In this document: piece after piece, positions 27,491 to 36,230 of the stretch
Layout: every line of letters starts with the position of its first letter
How positions within the stretch are numbered: the stretch's first letter is position 1
Assembly: GCA_964350165.1 (NCBI GenBank)
Contig: CAYGJA010000001.1
Coordinates: 248,377 to 312,376 of the forward strand
Reading direction: 5' to 3'
From: an uncultured Candidatus Saccharibacteria bacterium
GTDB lineage: Bacteria > Patescibacteriota > Minisyncoccia > Phycocordibacterales > UBA1006
Length of the DNA stretch: 64,000 nucleotides
The notes under the pieces: model-generated
What the model was told of the DNA's origin: nothing
The model's input: the letters and a program-made list of their open reading frames with translations, nothing else
The model's database searches: none
Made by a program: the position numbers and the translations under genes

Positions 27491-29339
27491 GATTCTTTAC
27501 CCTATCGAAAAAACCTCGCTCCCAAAAATAAGGAGCAATCGCCATCCAGGCAGCTTCGGCCTGGTGAAAAGTCGCTTGTTCTGAATTCATCACAGATTCA
27601 ACCTGGGCACGAACAGCATCACTAGCAATCATCTTGCTCTTAGCAAAAGAGACTGAGTCGAGTGTTTGCTCAAAAAAACCACGCAAAGGGCCCCTAAACC
27701 AATCGACCATCGGTGAATTGAAACCTATTTTTATTTTTCTATTCACTACCTCTGGCGGAATAATGTCACGCAAGGCGTCTCGAATGATTGCCTTTGTGTA
27801 TCCGTTTCTAATTTTTGCATCCCAAGACAAAGAGAAGGCATATGTCACAATGCGATAATCCATAAAGGGCATCCTGATTTCTACGCCATTTATCATGCTG
27901 TAGCGATCATAATTCCTAAGCAAAGTTGGTAAAACTGTCTGATGAAAAGAGATATATAACTTCTGGGTGGCATAATCCAAGGTCTTCCATTTGGGATGGC
28001 TTGTATCTGGGTGAATGTTCCGGTGTCTCAAAATACGCTTACCCATATTTTTTATAAAATGCCTTAACCAAAAAATCCATTTGGCGGGTAATTTTGAAAA
28101 TTGTTTGCCATCTTGTGTCTGTGTTTTGTAATAGGTATCAATAATCTTTTTTGCGCGTCGAAAGTCAAAAGGTCGATTATATAGTGTGTGTAAAAAATCA
28201 AATCCATACCCACCAAATAATTCATCCGCTCCGTGGCCGTCCAGAGTGACACACACTCCCTCTTGGCGCATGGCTCCGTAGGTAGCAACAAACGGGATAT
28301 GTGGCGTAATATATAAATCTTCAAAAAGATATGTGTGCCAATCAAAATCAGATAAGTGTTTTGTGGGATTTACTTCCACAATTTTTATAGGAGAACCACA
28401 GTGTCTCGCCACCTGCCTGGCCCAATAAGCCTCGTCTATCGGAGACCCTGGAAAAGAAGCAGAGAATGCATGTTGCCAATCCTTACTCACACGGCCTTCA
28501 ACCCCCTCTTTGCTTATTTCTGACAATGCACAAAATACAGCGCTCGAATCCAAACCACCGCTCAAAGCCGTTCCGATTGGAACATCAGAACGCATTCGAA
28601 TACGACAAGCATCCATAAAAAGTTCTCGAAATTTTTGCACCTGTTCTTCGTAACTGTCAGGAACCTTTTCAATATGATCCAGAGTGTTCCAATAGCGATA
28701 ACAAGAAAGCTTCCCGTCAACCAAAAAAGCAGAATGACCAGCTGGAAAATGTTTTACCCCTTCAATAATGCAATCAGGAGTGCTTTCGTAATAAAAAATC
28801 TGTTTTAGATTATTAAAAATATTCATATTGGGTCGGACACGAGAAAGCAGTGGAGCAATTGCCTTCATCTCAGAGGCAAGCGCAAAGCCATTTTCTAGTT
28901 CTGCATAAAAAAGTGGCTTCTGTCCAAACCTATCCCTACTGATAAAGAGACTTTTTTCGACGTTATCCCAAATTGCCAAAGCCCACATGCCGTTAAACTG
29001 ATGCACACACTCTTCTCCCCATTCCACAAAAGCGGCCAGGATTACTTCGCTGTCAGATTGACTTACAAAAGAATGACCCTTTTTCTCAAGTTTTTCTTTC
29101 AGTTCAATAAAGTTATAAATCTCACCGTTAAAAACAAGCCAATACCTGTCCTCTGCGTACGGCATAGGCTGTCGCCCAGCATCTGACAAATCTAATATAG
29201 CCAAGCGCTTATGTCCCAGAAAAACATCTTTGGTGTGATACACGCCCTCCCCATCTGGCCCACGATGGTCAAGGGTTTGCAAACAAGCAAGTCCTTGTTC
29301 TTTTTCTATACTGCCTATGTATCCAAAAATTCCACACAT
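27477..29339 (-). CDS. asnB: Asparagine synthetase B-type glutamine amidotransferase (likely glycan amidation enzyme)
   Basis: N-terminal MCGIFGYIG (Ntn Cys2), LAILDLS, FNGEIYN. PP-loop SGGLDSS. 620 aa. Confidence 0.85.
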   Translation of the reverse strand: MCGIFGYIGSIEKEQGLACLQTLDHRGPDGEGVYHTKDVFLGHKRLAILDLSDAGRQPMPYAEDRYWLVFNGEIYNFIELKEKLEKKGHSFVSQSDSEVILAAFVEWGEECVHQFNGMWALAIWDNVEKSLFISRDRFGQKPLFYAELENGFALASEMKAIAPLLSRVRPNMNIFNNLKQIFYYESTPDCIIEGVKHFPAGHSAFLVDGKLSCYRYWNTLDHIEKVPDSYEEQVQKFRELFMDACRIRMRSDVPIGTALSGGLDSSAVFCALSEISKEGVEGRVSKDWQHAFSASFPGSPIDEAYWARQVARHCGSPIKIVEVNPTKHLSDFDWHTYLFEDLYITPHIPFVATYGAMRQEGVCVTLDGHGADELFGGYGFDFLHTLYNRPFDFRRAKKIIDTYYKTQTQDGKQFSKLPAKWIFWLRHFIKNMGKRILRHRNIHPDTSHPKWKTLDYATQKLYISFHQTVLPTLLRNYDRYSMINGVEIRMPFMDYRIVTYAFSLSWDAKIRNGYTKAIIRDALRDIIPPEVVNRKIKIGFNSPMVDWFRGPLRGFFEQTLDSVSFAKSKMIASDAVRAQVESVMNSEQATFHQAEAAWMAIAPYFWERGFFDRVKNHESE

Positions 29340-29342
29340 ATA

Positions 29343-30116
29343 CTATTTGGTGAAATAGAAGCATCCACAACCCCAGTCTTGTTTTTCTACCAGCGCCGGG
29401 TCTGCCCGCTCCAAAAAACCTTCTGCCCGGAAGTTGTCAGGAACCAACGAGAATTCTTTTAAGGTGAGTCTTGGGAACAGGTCGAGCACCTGTTGATACG
29501 AATAAATTCGATGCGCATTGAAAGCGATTTTTGGTTTTCCTACTGGCGTCACAAATATCAAAGTGCCCCCTGGAGCCAAAACTCTGGCCAACTCGGCGGC
29601 GGCCTTTTTGTCCCCTTTTGGATCAATGGGGTCGCCATACCTTCCCAAGCCAACGTGCTCGACCGTATGCATACAGGACAAAGATTCGATGCTGTCGGAC
29701 TCAAAATGCAGATTAGTTAAATCAGTGTGGCCAGAAGTATAACTGGAGAGATTTAATATAGCTGGACGATAATCATAGAATTCCACCGGCACAAAAGCGG
29801 ACACGATAGTACTGAATTGCAATATCGAAGCAATATCGATATGTTTTTCTGGTTTATTCTTGGCAATAATTCGAGCCGCCCAAGCCGGATGGTACACATA
29901 ATGAGGTTCAAATTGTGTCAGGTTTGTTTTATCTATTAGAACAGGTGTAATATCCCTAAGAGACATCACAAAACGGTCATCTCTGCTTAATGCTTTTTTA
30001 AAGGCTGAATAATCAGAAAAAAACCAAGGAAGTGCGAGCAGTCTTCGCATAAACATATACAGAGACACCGAACCTGGTATTTTTTTTATTGTTTTTTTTA
30101 TTGTGAATATGTTCAT
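29343..30116 (-). CDS. DUF268-like SAM-dependent methyltransferase
   Basis: SCMHTVEHVGLGRYGDPIDP...APGGTLIFVTP resembles the DUF268/methyltransferase family. Confidence 0.55.
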   Translation of the reverse strand: MNIFTIKKTIKKIPGSVSLYMFMRRLLALPWFFSDYSAFKKALSRDDRFVMSLRDITPVLIDKTNLTQFEPHYVYHPAWAARIIAKNKPEKHIDIASILQFSTIVSAFVPVEFYDYRPAILNLSSYTSGHTDLTNLHFESDSIESLSCMHTVEHVGLGRYGDPIDPKGDKKAAAELARVLAPGGTLIFVTPVGKPKIAFNAHRIYSYQQVLDLFPRLTLKEFSLVPDNFRAEGFLERADPALVEKQDWGCGCFYFTK

Positions 30117-30117
30117 A

Positions 30118-31320
30118 TTATTTTGTTAATTTTCTAAAGAAAAAAATTAGGCGATGCAACCACCCTGAATTCCAAATCATTTTTCTCCGTCTAGGTTGCT
30201 TATCTCCAGAAAAAGCGGCCTGCTCTTCAACGGTGACGTCCTTGCCATCTCCACTCAATGCGATTAGGCATCTTTGTATATTGTAAGCAATCACCACTGA
30301 ATCTGGTTTTTCTTTTTGGAGAACAAGAAACAAATTACGAGCATCCTCAAATTTGCCCAATCGATAAAAAGAAATGGCCTTGATAAAGCGATCAATAAAG
30401 GAATCTTCGGCTTGTTCGCTGTATGCAGTCAAACCATTCTTACCTGAATAAGATTGATACTCTTTTCTAAAGAAATCTTTTCCATATTCTTGGTACAAGT
30501 TCTCTAGGTGGCTTTTTATGTTATTTCGCCCAAGTTTATTTTGTGAAAAAATATCATAATCAATAATGGCACCAATTACCTGGTCACTAAACAACTGAAG
30601 CAGCTCCTCAAAAATTAGATAAAAATTTATTGAAAACATGCCTTGTTCATACACCCTCTGGAAATAAGACTTTCCTTTTGTGATTTGCCGATGATAAAAT
30701 ACGGCCCCAGGCACCGTGACGACCTTGTTCCCAGCCGATAAGAATCTAAACTCGAAACACTGCGTATCAAAACCATGACGCACAGGATAGCCAAGCGTCT
30801 TGTCATAAGCTTCTCTTGTAAAAAGAAAATTATCCAAAAGAAGACCGCTCCCATTAAGCAAGTCATCCAACACAAACGGCTGATCTTTGATTGTATTAAA
30901 GTGAGAAGTATAGCTTGCTGGATTTTTATCTTTAAAAAAACGCCGCTCATGAATCACGACACCGTCGATCTCTTTTTTTTCTAGCTCAACAAGCATTTTG
31001 CGCAAAGTTCCATGCGCAAAATAATTATCGCTATCAAGACAAAATATATATTTTCCCTGGGATTCTCTTATTCCAGTATTTCTTGCTTGTCCTCCCCCGA
31101 GGTTTTTTTCATGAAATAAAAACCGAATCTCTTTGTGTTTTTTGGCAAGTTCTTCAATTATATTTCTTGTCGTGTCCCGAGACCCATCATCTACAATAAT
31201 TATCTCAAACTCTTGAGAATCTAGTTCTTGGTTATAGCAAGACATAACCGCCTCAAACAGGGTATCTTCACTGTTATAACAAGGCATTATTATTGAAATT
31301 TTTTTATTTGACTGGCTCAT
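30118..31320 (-). CDS. Glycosyltransferase family 2 with about 150-aa C-terminal helical/TPR-like extension
   Basis: ISIIMPCYNSEDTLFEAVMSCYNQ...EIIIVDDGSRD...CLDSDN (GT2 DxD). C-term FKDARNLFLVLQKEKPDSVVIAYNIQRC. Confidence 0.75.
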   Translation of the reverse strand: MSQSNKKISIIMPCYNSEDTLFEAVMSCYNQELDSQEFEIIIVDDGSRDTTRNIIEELAKKHKEIRFLFHEKNLGGGQARNTGIRESQGKYIFCLDSDNYFAHGTLRKMLVELEKKEIDGVVIHERRFFKDKNPASYTSHFNTIKDQPFVLDDLLNGSGLLLDNFLFTREAYDKTLGYPVRHGFDTQCFEFRFLSAGNKVVTVPGAVFYHRQITKGKSYFQRVYEQGMFSINFYLIFEELLQLFSDQVIGAIIDYDIFSQNKLGRNNIKSHLENLYQEYGKDFFRKEYQSYSGKNGLTAYSEQAEDSFIDRFIKAISFYRLGKFEDARNLFLVLQKEKPDSVVIAYNIQRCLIALSGDGKDVTVEEQAAFSGDKQPRRRKMIWNSGWLHRLIFFFRKLTK

Positions 31321-31405
31321 TACATTAGGAAATACATCAGAATAGACTCAGTTTATCTTTTTTCGTAACGCTTGCACAGGGACAACGGCGAACGACTCAA
31401 TAAAA

Positions 31406-32722
31406 TCAATTATTTTTTTCGGAAGCAAATATTTGTGCTCCCCAAAAAACCAACGACACACCAGCCAGCGTTAAGAGTGTTGCGTAAGCTGCGCCCAAAA
31501 CCCCCCAAACTGGTATCAAAATAATGTTTAATACCACATTAAGAAGTGCTCCAAATAATGAATAGAACAAAAAATGAAGCTCCTTGCTTTCAGCTATTAA
31601 ATAATTCTGAATAAGCACCACAAAAATAGTTCCCACTGATGACCAGAGATAAACTCGCAATATCGCAACAGAAGGCAAGAAATCTTCGCCAAACAAAAAC
31701 TTTACCAATATCGGTGCAATCACAAACAGAACCAATGCCGACACGAGCGTTAACGAAACACACAGCAAGCTGAGCATTTTTAATCTTTTCTTGTATTCGA
31801 CCAAATCATTTTTGCGAGCATTGATTATAGCTGGGAACAATGACCCCACCAGAATTGCCGGAAAAAAAGTAAGCAGTTCCGACATGCGTACCGCAATGTC
31901 ATACCAACCAACAGATTCGGAATCAATCAGCCCCTGAATCATCACCTGATCAATACGTCCATAAATATATCCAGACAAGCTAGCCAGAGCCAAAGGCCAC
32001 GACCGCCGAAGCAACCACCAAAAGACGCGCTTGCTTACTTTCCATTCTCGCGGTGAATAACGAAAGACCCTCACATACAACCACCAATACCCCAGACTAA
32101 AGATAATTGCCTCTAATACCAACAAAAAAGCAAAAGCAAAAATATCAAAAGACAAATACACAAAAACAAGCTTGAGCAGTGGCAAAACAATAGCAATAGC
32201 AATGGTGATGTAGGTTACATATTTTGTTTTTACTTGAGCATTAAAAAAATGACTAATGGTGCTCATTGGCTGGAAAATAAGAGTAAGACCAACAACAAAA
32301 ACTAACCAGACAAGAACCGGATCAGATTGTGTGAACCAAGAAGTAGCTACGGCCACAACCAAGGTCAACAAGCCAAAAAAAGTTTTTGTGGCAATGCTCG
32401 TTCCCAACAATACATTTCTTTTTTCAGGATGAGCAATGAGTTCCCGATATACAACCTGATCAAGACCCAATACGGCAAACACAGAAAATATAGCGACAAA
32501 ATTCTGAGCATAGCTCAATTGACCGTACTGCTCTGGTCCCAAATATCTAACGACAATAGCGGCAGTTAAAAAAGAAATTGCAAAAGTAACAATTTTCCCA
32601 AAAAAAGCCCAGCCGGTATTTTTGGCATATTTTTCGACCCCAGCAATATCTTGAGCCAAAAAATGCTTGGAAAACCAAGATGGGGTGTGTTTTTTTATAA
32701 TTTTTAAAAATAACTGAACCAT
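31406..32722 (-). CDS. Wzx-type oligosaccharide flippase (polysaccharide biosynthesis protein, MOP superfamily)
   Basis: 438 aa, about 12 TM helices. N-terminal KNTGWAFFGKIVTFAISFLTAAIVVRYLGPEQYGQLSYAQ typical of Wzx/RfbX. Confidence 0.75.
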   Translation of the reverse strand: MVQLFLKIIKKHTPSWFSKHFLAQDIAGVEKYAKNTGWAFFGKIVTFAISFLTAAIVVRYLGPEQYGQLSYAQNFVAIFSVFAVLGLDQVVYRELIAHPEKRNVLLGTSIATKTFFGLLTLVVAVATSWFTQSDPVLVWLVFVVGLTLIFQPMSTISHFFNAQVKTKYVTYITIAIAIVLPLLKLVFVYLSFDIFAFAFLLVLEAIIFSLGYWWLYVRVFRYSPREWKVSKRVFWWLLRRSWPLALASLSGYIYGRIDQVMIQGLIDSESVGWYDIAVRMSELLTFFPAILVGSLFPAIINARKNDLVEYKKRLKMLSLLCVSLTLVSALVLFVIAPILVKFLFGEDFLPSVAILRVYLWSSVGTIFVVLIQNYLIAESKELHFLFYSLFGALLNVVLNIILIPVWGVLGAAYATLLTLAGVSLVFWGAQIFASEKNN

Positions 32723-32724
32723 TT

Positions 32725-33588
32725 TTATTTAGCCAGAATCATGATTCGACCATCTGCCTCCTCTTTTAAGACCTTTGTCTGGTAGCCATAATTATTGAGT
32801 AATTCCATACAAGCATAAGTGGAATAGATTGAATGAAATTCCACAATAATTATTGGGTGATGTTTTGTGATTGTTTTTTCAGCTCCCGCCAACACCAACT
32901 GTTCAGCGCCCTCAACATCAATCTTCATAAAGTCAGGTGGTAATATTTTTTTGTTTTGAATCAAATTATCAATTGTATCTACTGGCACAGCAGAAGCAGT
33001 AAAACCTGTTTTTTCAACAAAAACATGTTTTGGCCAAATTGTCTTGGCTGTCTTGATAAATCCCCCTGTGCTGGTTCCGTTTTCTACATTGTCCGTGCTC
33101 AAAAACTCAATAATTCCAACCTCATTTGAGAGAGCCAGGTTTAGTGGTGTAATATTCAGTTCACGATTACGGTTAAGCTCTACTATTTCTTGGGTTCTTT
33201 TTATGTTTGCTGGATTGGGTTCAAACGAATAAACATGCCCTTTTTGTCCAACATAAGTAGCAAAAGCAAGTGAATGATAACCAATGTGTGAGCCAATATC
33301 GTAGACAACTTTTCCATCAAGACTCATTTTCCTAACACAAGAAAATAATTCTTGGTCATAATCACCGTCAATCATTTCTTTTTGCCAATCTCCCTCTCCG
33401 CTCAGTTTTAATTTAAAACCAGCCAAATCACCTTTCACAATCGCTATTTCTTTTAGCGGTGTGGGTTTTTCAAAAAGCCTAAGCAAGCGAACAACGCCAC
33501 CATAGAGAGGACTTTTTCGAATCAATCGAAAAACAATTGGCGGGGTGATGTTTTCTACAAAACGATAGATGAGGAGTTTTAATTGCAT
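32725..33588 (-). CDS. FkbM-family methyltransferase
   Basis: VVYDIGSHIGYHSLAFATYVGQKGHVYSFEPNPANIKRTQ...MKIDVEGAEQLVL. Confidence 0.75.
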   Translation of the reverse strand: MQLKLLIYRFVENITPPIVFRLIRKSPLYGGVVRLLRLFEKPTPLKEIAIVKGDLAGFKLKLSGEGDWQKEMIDGDYDQELFSCVRKMSLDGKVVYDIGSHIGYHSLAFATYVGQKGHVYSFEPNPANIKRTQEIVELNRNRELNITPLNLALSNEVGIIEFLSTDNVENGTSTGGFIKTAKTIWPKHVFVEKTGFTASAVPVDTIDNLIQNKKILPPDFMKIDVEGAEQLVLAGAEKTITKHHPIIIVEFHSIYSTYACMELLNNYGYQTKVLKEEADGRIMILAK

Positions 33589-33589
33589 G

Positions 33590-34570
33590 TTACGATTTTC
33601 TAAGGCTAATTTGTGCGAGTTTGATTTTTTTTATCCAGAAATCCATATGTAGTGGTTCCCAAGATGCTTCTGTGATCATTTTTTTATATCTGGTTGCTAT
33701 TTCTTTTTCGGTAAGACCGTCTAATTCCTTCCAATCTCGAACAATCCAGACCGGCAACTCGAGAGACTTAAAGTATCGCACAGCCACAGAATCTTTGACT
33801 ATTGGAATAGTTCTCAGATACAACGCCTCCCAGGTCCGAATACAGTCTATTCCATTTCCCGGAGGAGAAGCAACAAATTTATAAGCTGTGAGTGTTTTTG
33901 CGTGACGAAACGGAGTCAAAAACCAGGCCGTCGTTTCCATGTGCGGATGTTCCAAAAAATACTTTTTGGCCGGTTCTCGTTCAGCGGGATTGGTTTCGAC
34001 GCTAAAACGAAAGAAAATTTTGTTTTTTCGTACCGGCGGTAGCTGTAACGTCTTTTTTTGTAGTCTCCGAAAAAGAAAAGTTGGACCATTGACATAATAA
34101 TGTAAGTCTTCCATTCCTATAGGAATGGGGGTTATTTTTTCATGTTCAATGACTGCATTTTGAGCAAAAAAATGACCAATCTTGTCGTCTAATCGGTCAG
34201 CAATAGCACCATCAATCGACGCATCACCGTTGTGACAAATCAGAATATACACTGCTTGGATATCCGGATGAATTTTTTCAAAATATTCACAAAGAAATTC
34301 CTGACCAACAAAAACAATGTCACCATTTTTTACCCGCAATGGATCACAACAAGACTGGTTGTCATATATATGGTCAGCAACTGCTCGAAATGAGTCTCCG
34401 GTCACATAAGGATAAGCGTCAGGTCTTGGATTTCCTGTTATTTTCATTTTTATCTGAAAAAGCCTTCTGGCGACTTTCCTAACAAGCAGACCGTACTTGT
34501 GTCGCACTTTTTCTGCGACAAATATAATATTCACGATTTTAAGTATAAAGCACAAGAAGTCCATCACCAA
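33590..34570 (-). CDS. Hypothetical protein in glycan cluster (possibly a glycan-modifying enzyme)
   Basis: 326-aa ORF (start may be internal MKITGNP). Conserved-looking HNGDASIDGA and PIGMEDLHYYVNGP patches, no confident family. Confidence 0.35.
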   Translation of the reverse strand: MVMDFLCFILKIVNIIFVAEKVRHKYGLLVRKVARRLFQIKMKITGNPRPDAYPYVTGDSFRAVADHIYDNQSCCDPLRVKNGDIVFVGQEFLCEYFEKIHPDIQAVYILICHNGDASIDGAIADRLDDKIGHFFAQNAVIEHEKITPIPIGMEDLHYYVNGPTFLFRRLQKKTLQLPPVRKNKIFFRFSVETNPAEREPAKKYFLEHPHMETTAWFLTPFRHAKTLTAYKFVASPPGNGIDCIRTWEALYLRTIPIVKDSVAVRYFKSLELPVWIVRDWKELDGLTEKEIATRYKKMITEASWEPLHMDFWIKKIKLAQISLRKS

Positions 34571-34623
34571 ACCTCTTTTTCCAAATTTTCTCTACTTTAT
34601 CTGGGTAGTTATGTGCTCTTTCT

Positions 34624-35433
34624 CTAAGAAATCTTCTTGAACACAAGCCCTTGCGAGATGGTCGTCAAGGAGTTTGCCCGCTGTCTCTTTTCTGACCAAA
34701 AGACGGTTTTGTCAAAAAAGAAAAACAACGCCTTGGCAAAAAACAACACCACCGGTCGCACTATTTTGTAGGGTGTTTTTTTGGACCAGCTTTTATCTCG
34801 GCGAGAAATTGCAAAAATAAATCTTTTCGCAATTTGTCGCCAGGGTCCTTCTTCGTAGAATATTGCTTCTAGGCTATAGCCAGTCAGAGCCATCTGCGTG
34901 GTTATTTCCCGGTGTGTGTAGTGCTTGATGTGGCCATCTTTTTTGCGTTCATGCCACAGCGCTGATTCTGGGGCTGGACCACAACGAAGCGGATTCGGAG
35001 TAAGTACGTATACAACTCCGCCAACAGTCTGCATTCTCCCTATTTTATCAACAAAAGCCTTTATGTCGGGAATATGTTCGTACACGTCTGCTAGTAAAAT
35101 AAAATCAGCTTTTTTATCCTGACGAAAAGTCTCAATATAGGAATTTTCAACCGAAAGATTGTCGTACCTCGCGAGAAATATTTTTTGTTCAGGCCATTCT
35201 TCTGGCTCCAGCAGTAATACTTCTTTGAACCGAGACGCCATGGCAACAGCATAATGACCACTCCCTCCCCCAATATCAACACAAAAGTCCCACTGCTCGC
35301 AAAGATTGATAGCTGCGTTCATATACCTCAGCGTGGTTCTCAGGGTGACATTAGGCAAGTCCTGAGAAAAATCTCGGAGCACCAAACGTTCTCGATAGGA
35401 TTGATATAGATTAACGTCTGGATACATCTTCAT
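34624..35433 (-). CDS. Class I SAM-dependent methyltransferase
   Basis: FCVDIGGGSGHYAVAMASRFKEVLLLEPEE (motif I) ... ILLADVYEHIPD. Confidence 0.65.
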   Translation of the reverse strand: MKMYPDVNLYQSYRERLVLRDFSQDLPNVTLRTTLRYMNAAINLCEQWDFCVDIGGGSGHYAVAMASRFKEVLLLEPEEWPEQKIFLARYDNLSVENSYIETFRQDKKADFILLADVYEHIPDIKAFVDKIGRMQTVGGVVYVLTPNPLRCGPAPESALWHERKKDGHIKHYTHREITTQMALTGYSLEAIFYEEGPWRQIAKRFIFAISRRDKSWSKKTPYKIVRPVVLFFAKALFFFFDKTVFWSEKRQRANSLTTISQGLVFKKIS

Positions 35434-35441
35434 GTTGGTTT

Positions 35442-36131
35442 TTATTCTTCGAGCAATTCGGCTCGTTCAACAAAAACACTAGCCCGTTCTGGATAACGCT
35501 CGGCAGTATCATTCCAGATATCTTTGGCTCGAGCAGTATCACCCTGCCGTTCTAGAAATTCGGCATAGGCGATCATAATGTCTACGTCGTAGTTAGTCTG
35601 GACGAGTGCTTGCTCAAAAACAGCGCTAGCACCAATTGGCTCTACTAGGAGCTTCTCTTCGAGTTCTGCACGCCACAACCATGGCAAATAACTAGTTGGA
35701 TCTAGAGCAATGGTGCGTTCCGCAACATCCAAGGACTCTTGATATCGCTCCTGAGTAAATAGCATTTCGGAATAAGTCTTGAGTACTGGCTGGCTATCTG
35801 GGGCCAGATCAGCAGCCTCGCTAATTACTTTGTCCATCAAGGCATACTCCCCTAGATTTCGATAATCAAAAGCCTGACCCACGAGATACGTAATCCTGTC
35901 AGGAGTAGAGAGATCTTCTTTGTCTAGCTCTATCTGATATTCAGCAATTCTATTTTCTAAAAATTCGACGCTCTCCGCGGTGATCCCAAGGTCAACCTGC
36001 TCGACACGCTCGACAGGAAAAGCAATGTATTCGTTGGTCGTCGGACTCTTTTCTCCAAAAATAGCCCAGCCAGCCAATCCGGCCACAATGACAATCAGCG
36101 CTACTATTGGGACAATGTATGTTTTCTTCAT
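35442..36131 (-). CDS. Membrane-anchored TPR-like repeat protein
   Basis: N-terminal TM (IVPIVALIVIVAGLAGWAIF), then helical repeat region with TPR-like spacing. Last gene of the co-directional cluster. Confidence 0.45.
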   Translation of the reverse strand: MKKTYIVPIVALIVIVAGLAGWAIFGEKSPTTNEYIAFPVERVEQVDLGITAESVEFLENRIAEYQIELDKEDLSTPDRITYLVGQAFDYRNLGEYALMDKVISEAADLAPDSQPVLKTYSEMLFTQERYQESLDVAERTIALDPTSYLPWLWRAELEEKLLVEPIGASAVFEQALVQTNYDVDIMIAYAEFLERQGDTARAKDIWNDTAERYPERASVFVERAELLEE

Positions 36132-36162
36132 AGAAATTCATTATATAGAAAAATCACCCAAC

Positions 36163-36192
36163 AAAAAACCCCGCCGAAGCGGGGTTTTTTGA
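36163..36192. terminator. Bidirectional rho-independent terminator (AAAAACCCCGC-CGAA-GCGGGGTTTTTT)
   Basis: Perfect 9-bp GC stem, tetraloop, flanking A/T runs. 38 nt downstream of the surface-protein gene stop. Confidence 0.8.
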
Positions 36193-36230
36193 GGAACAAG
36201 TAGTTCTAGTTACTTAGTCAGACTAAGAGA

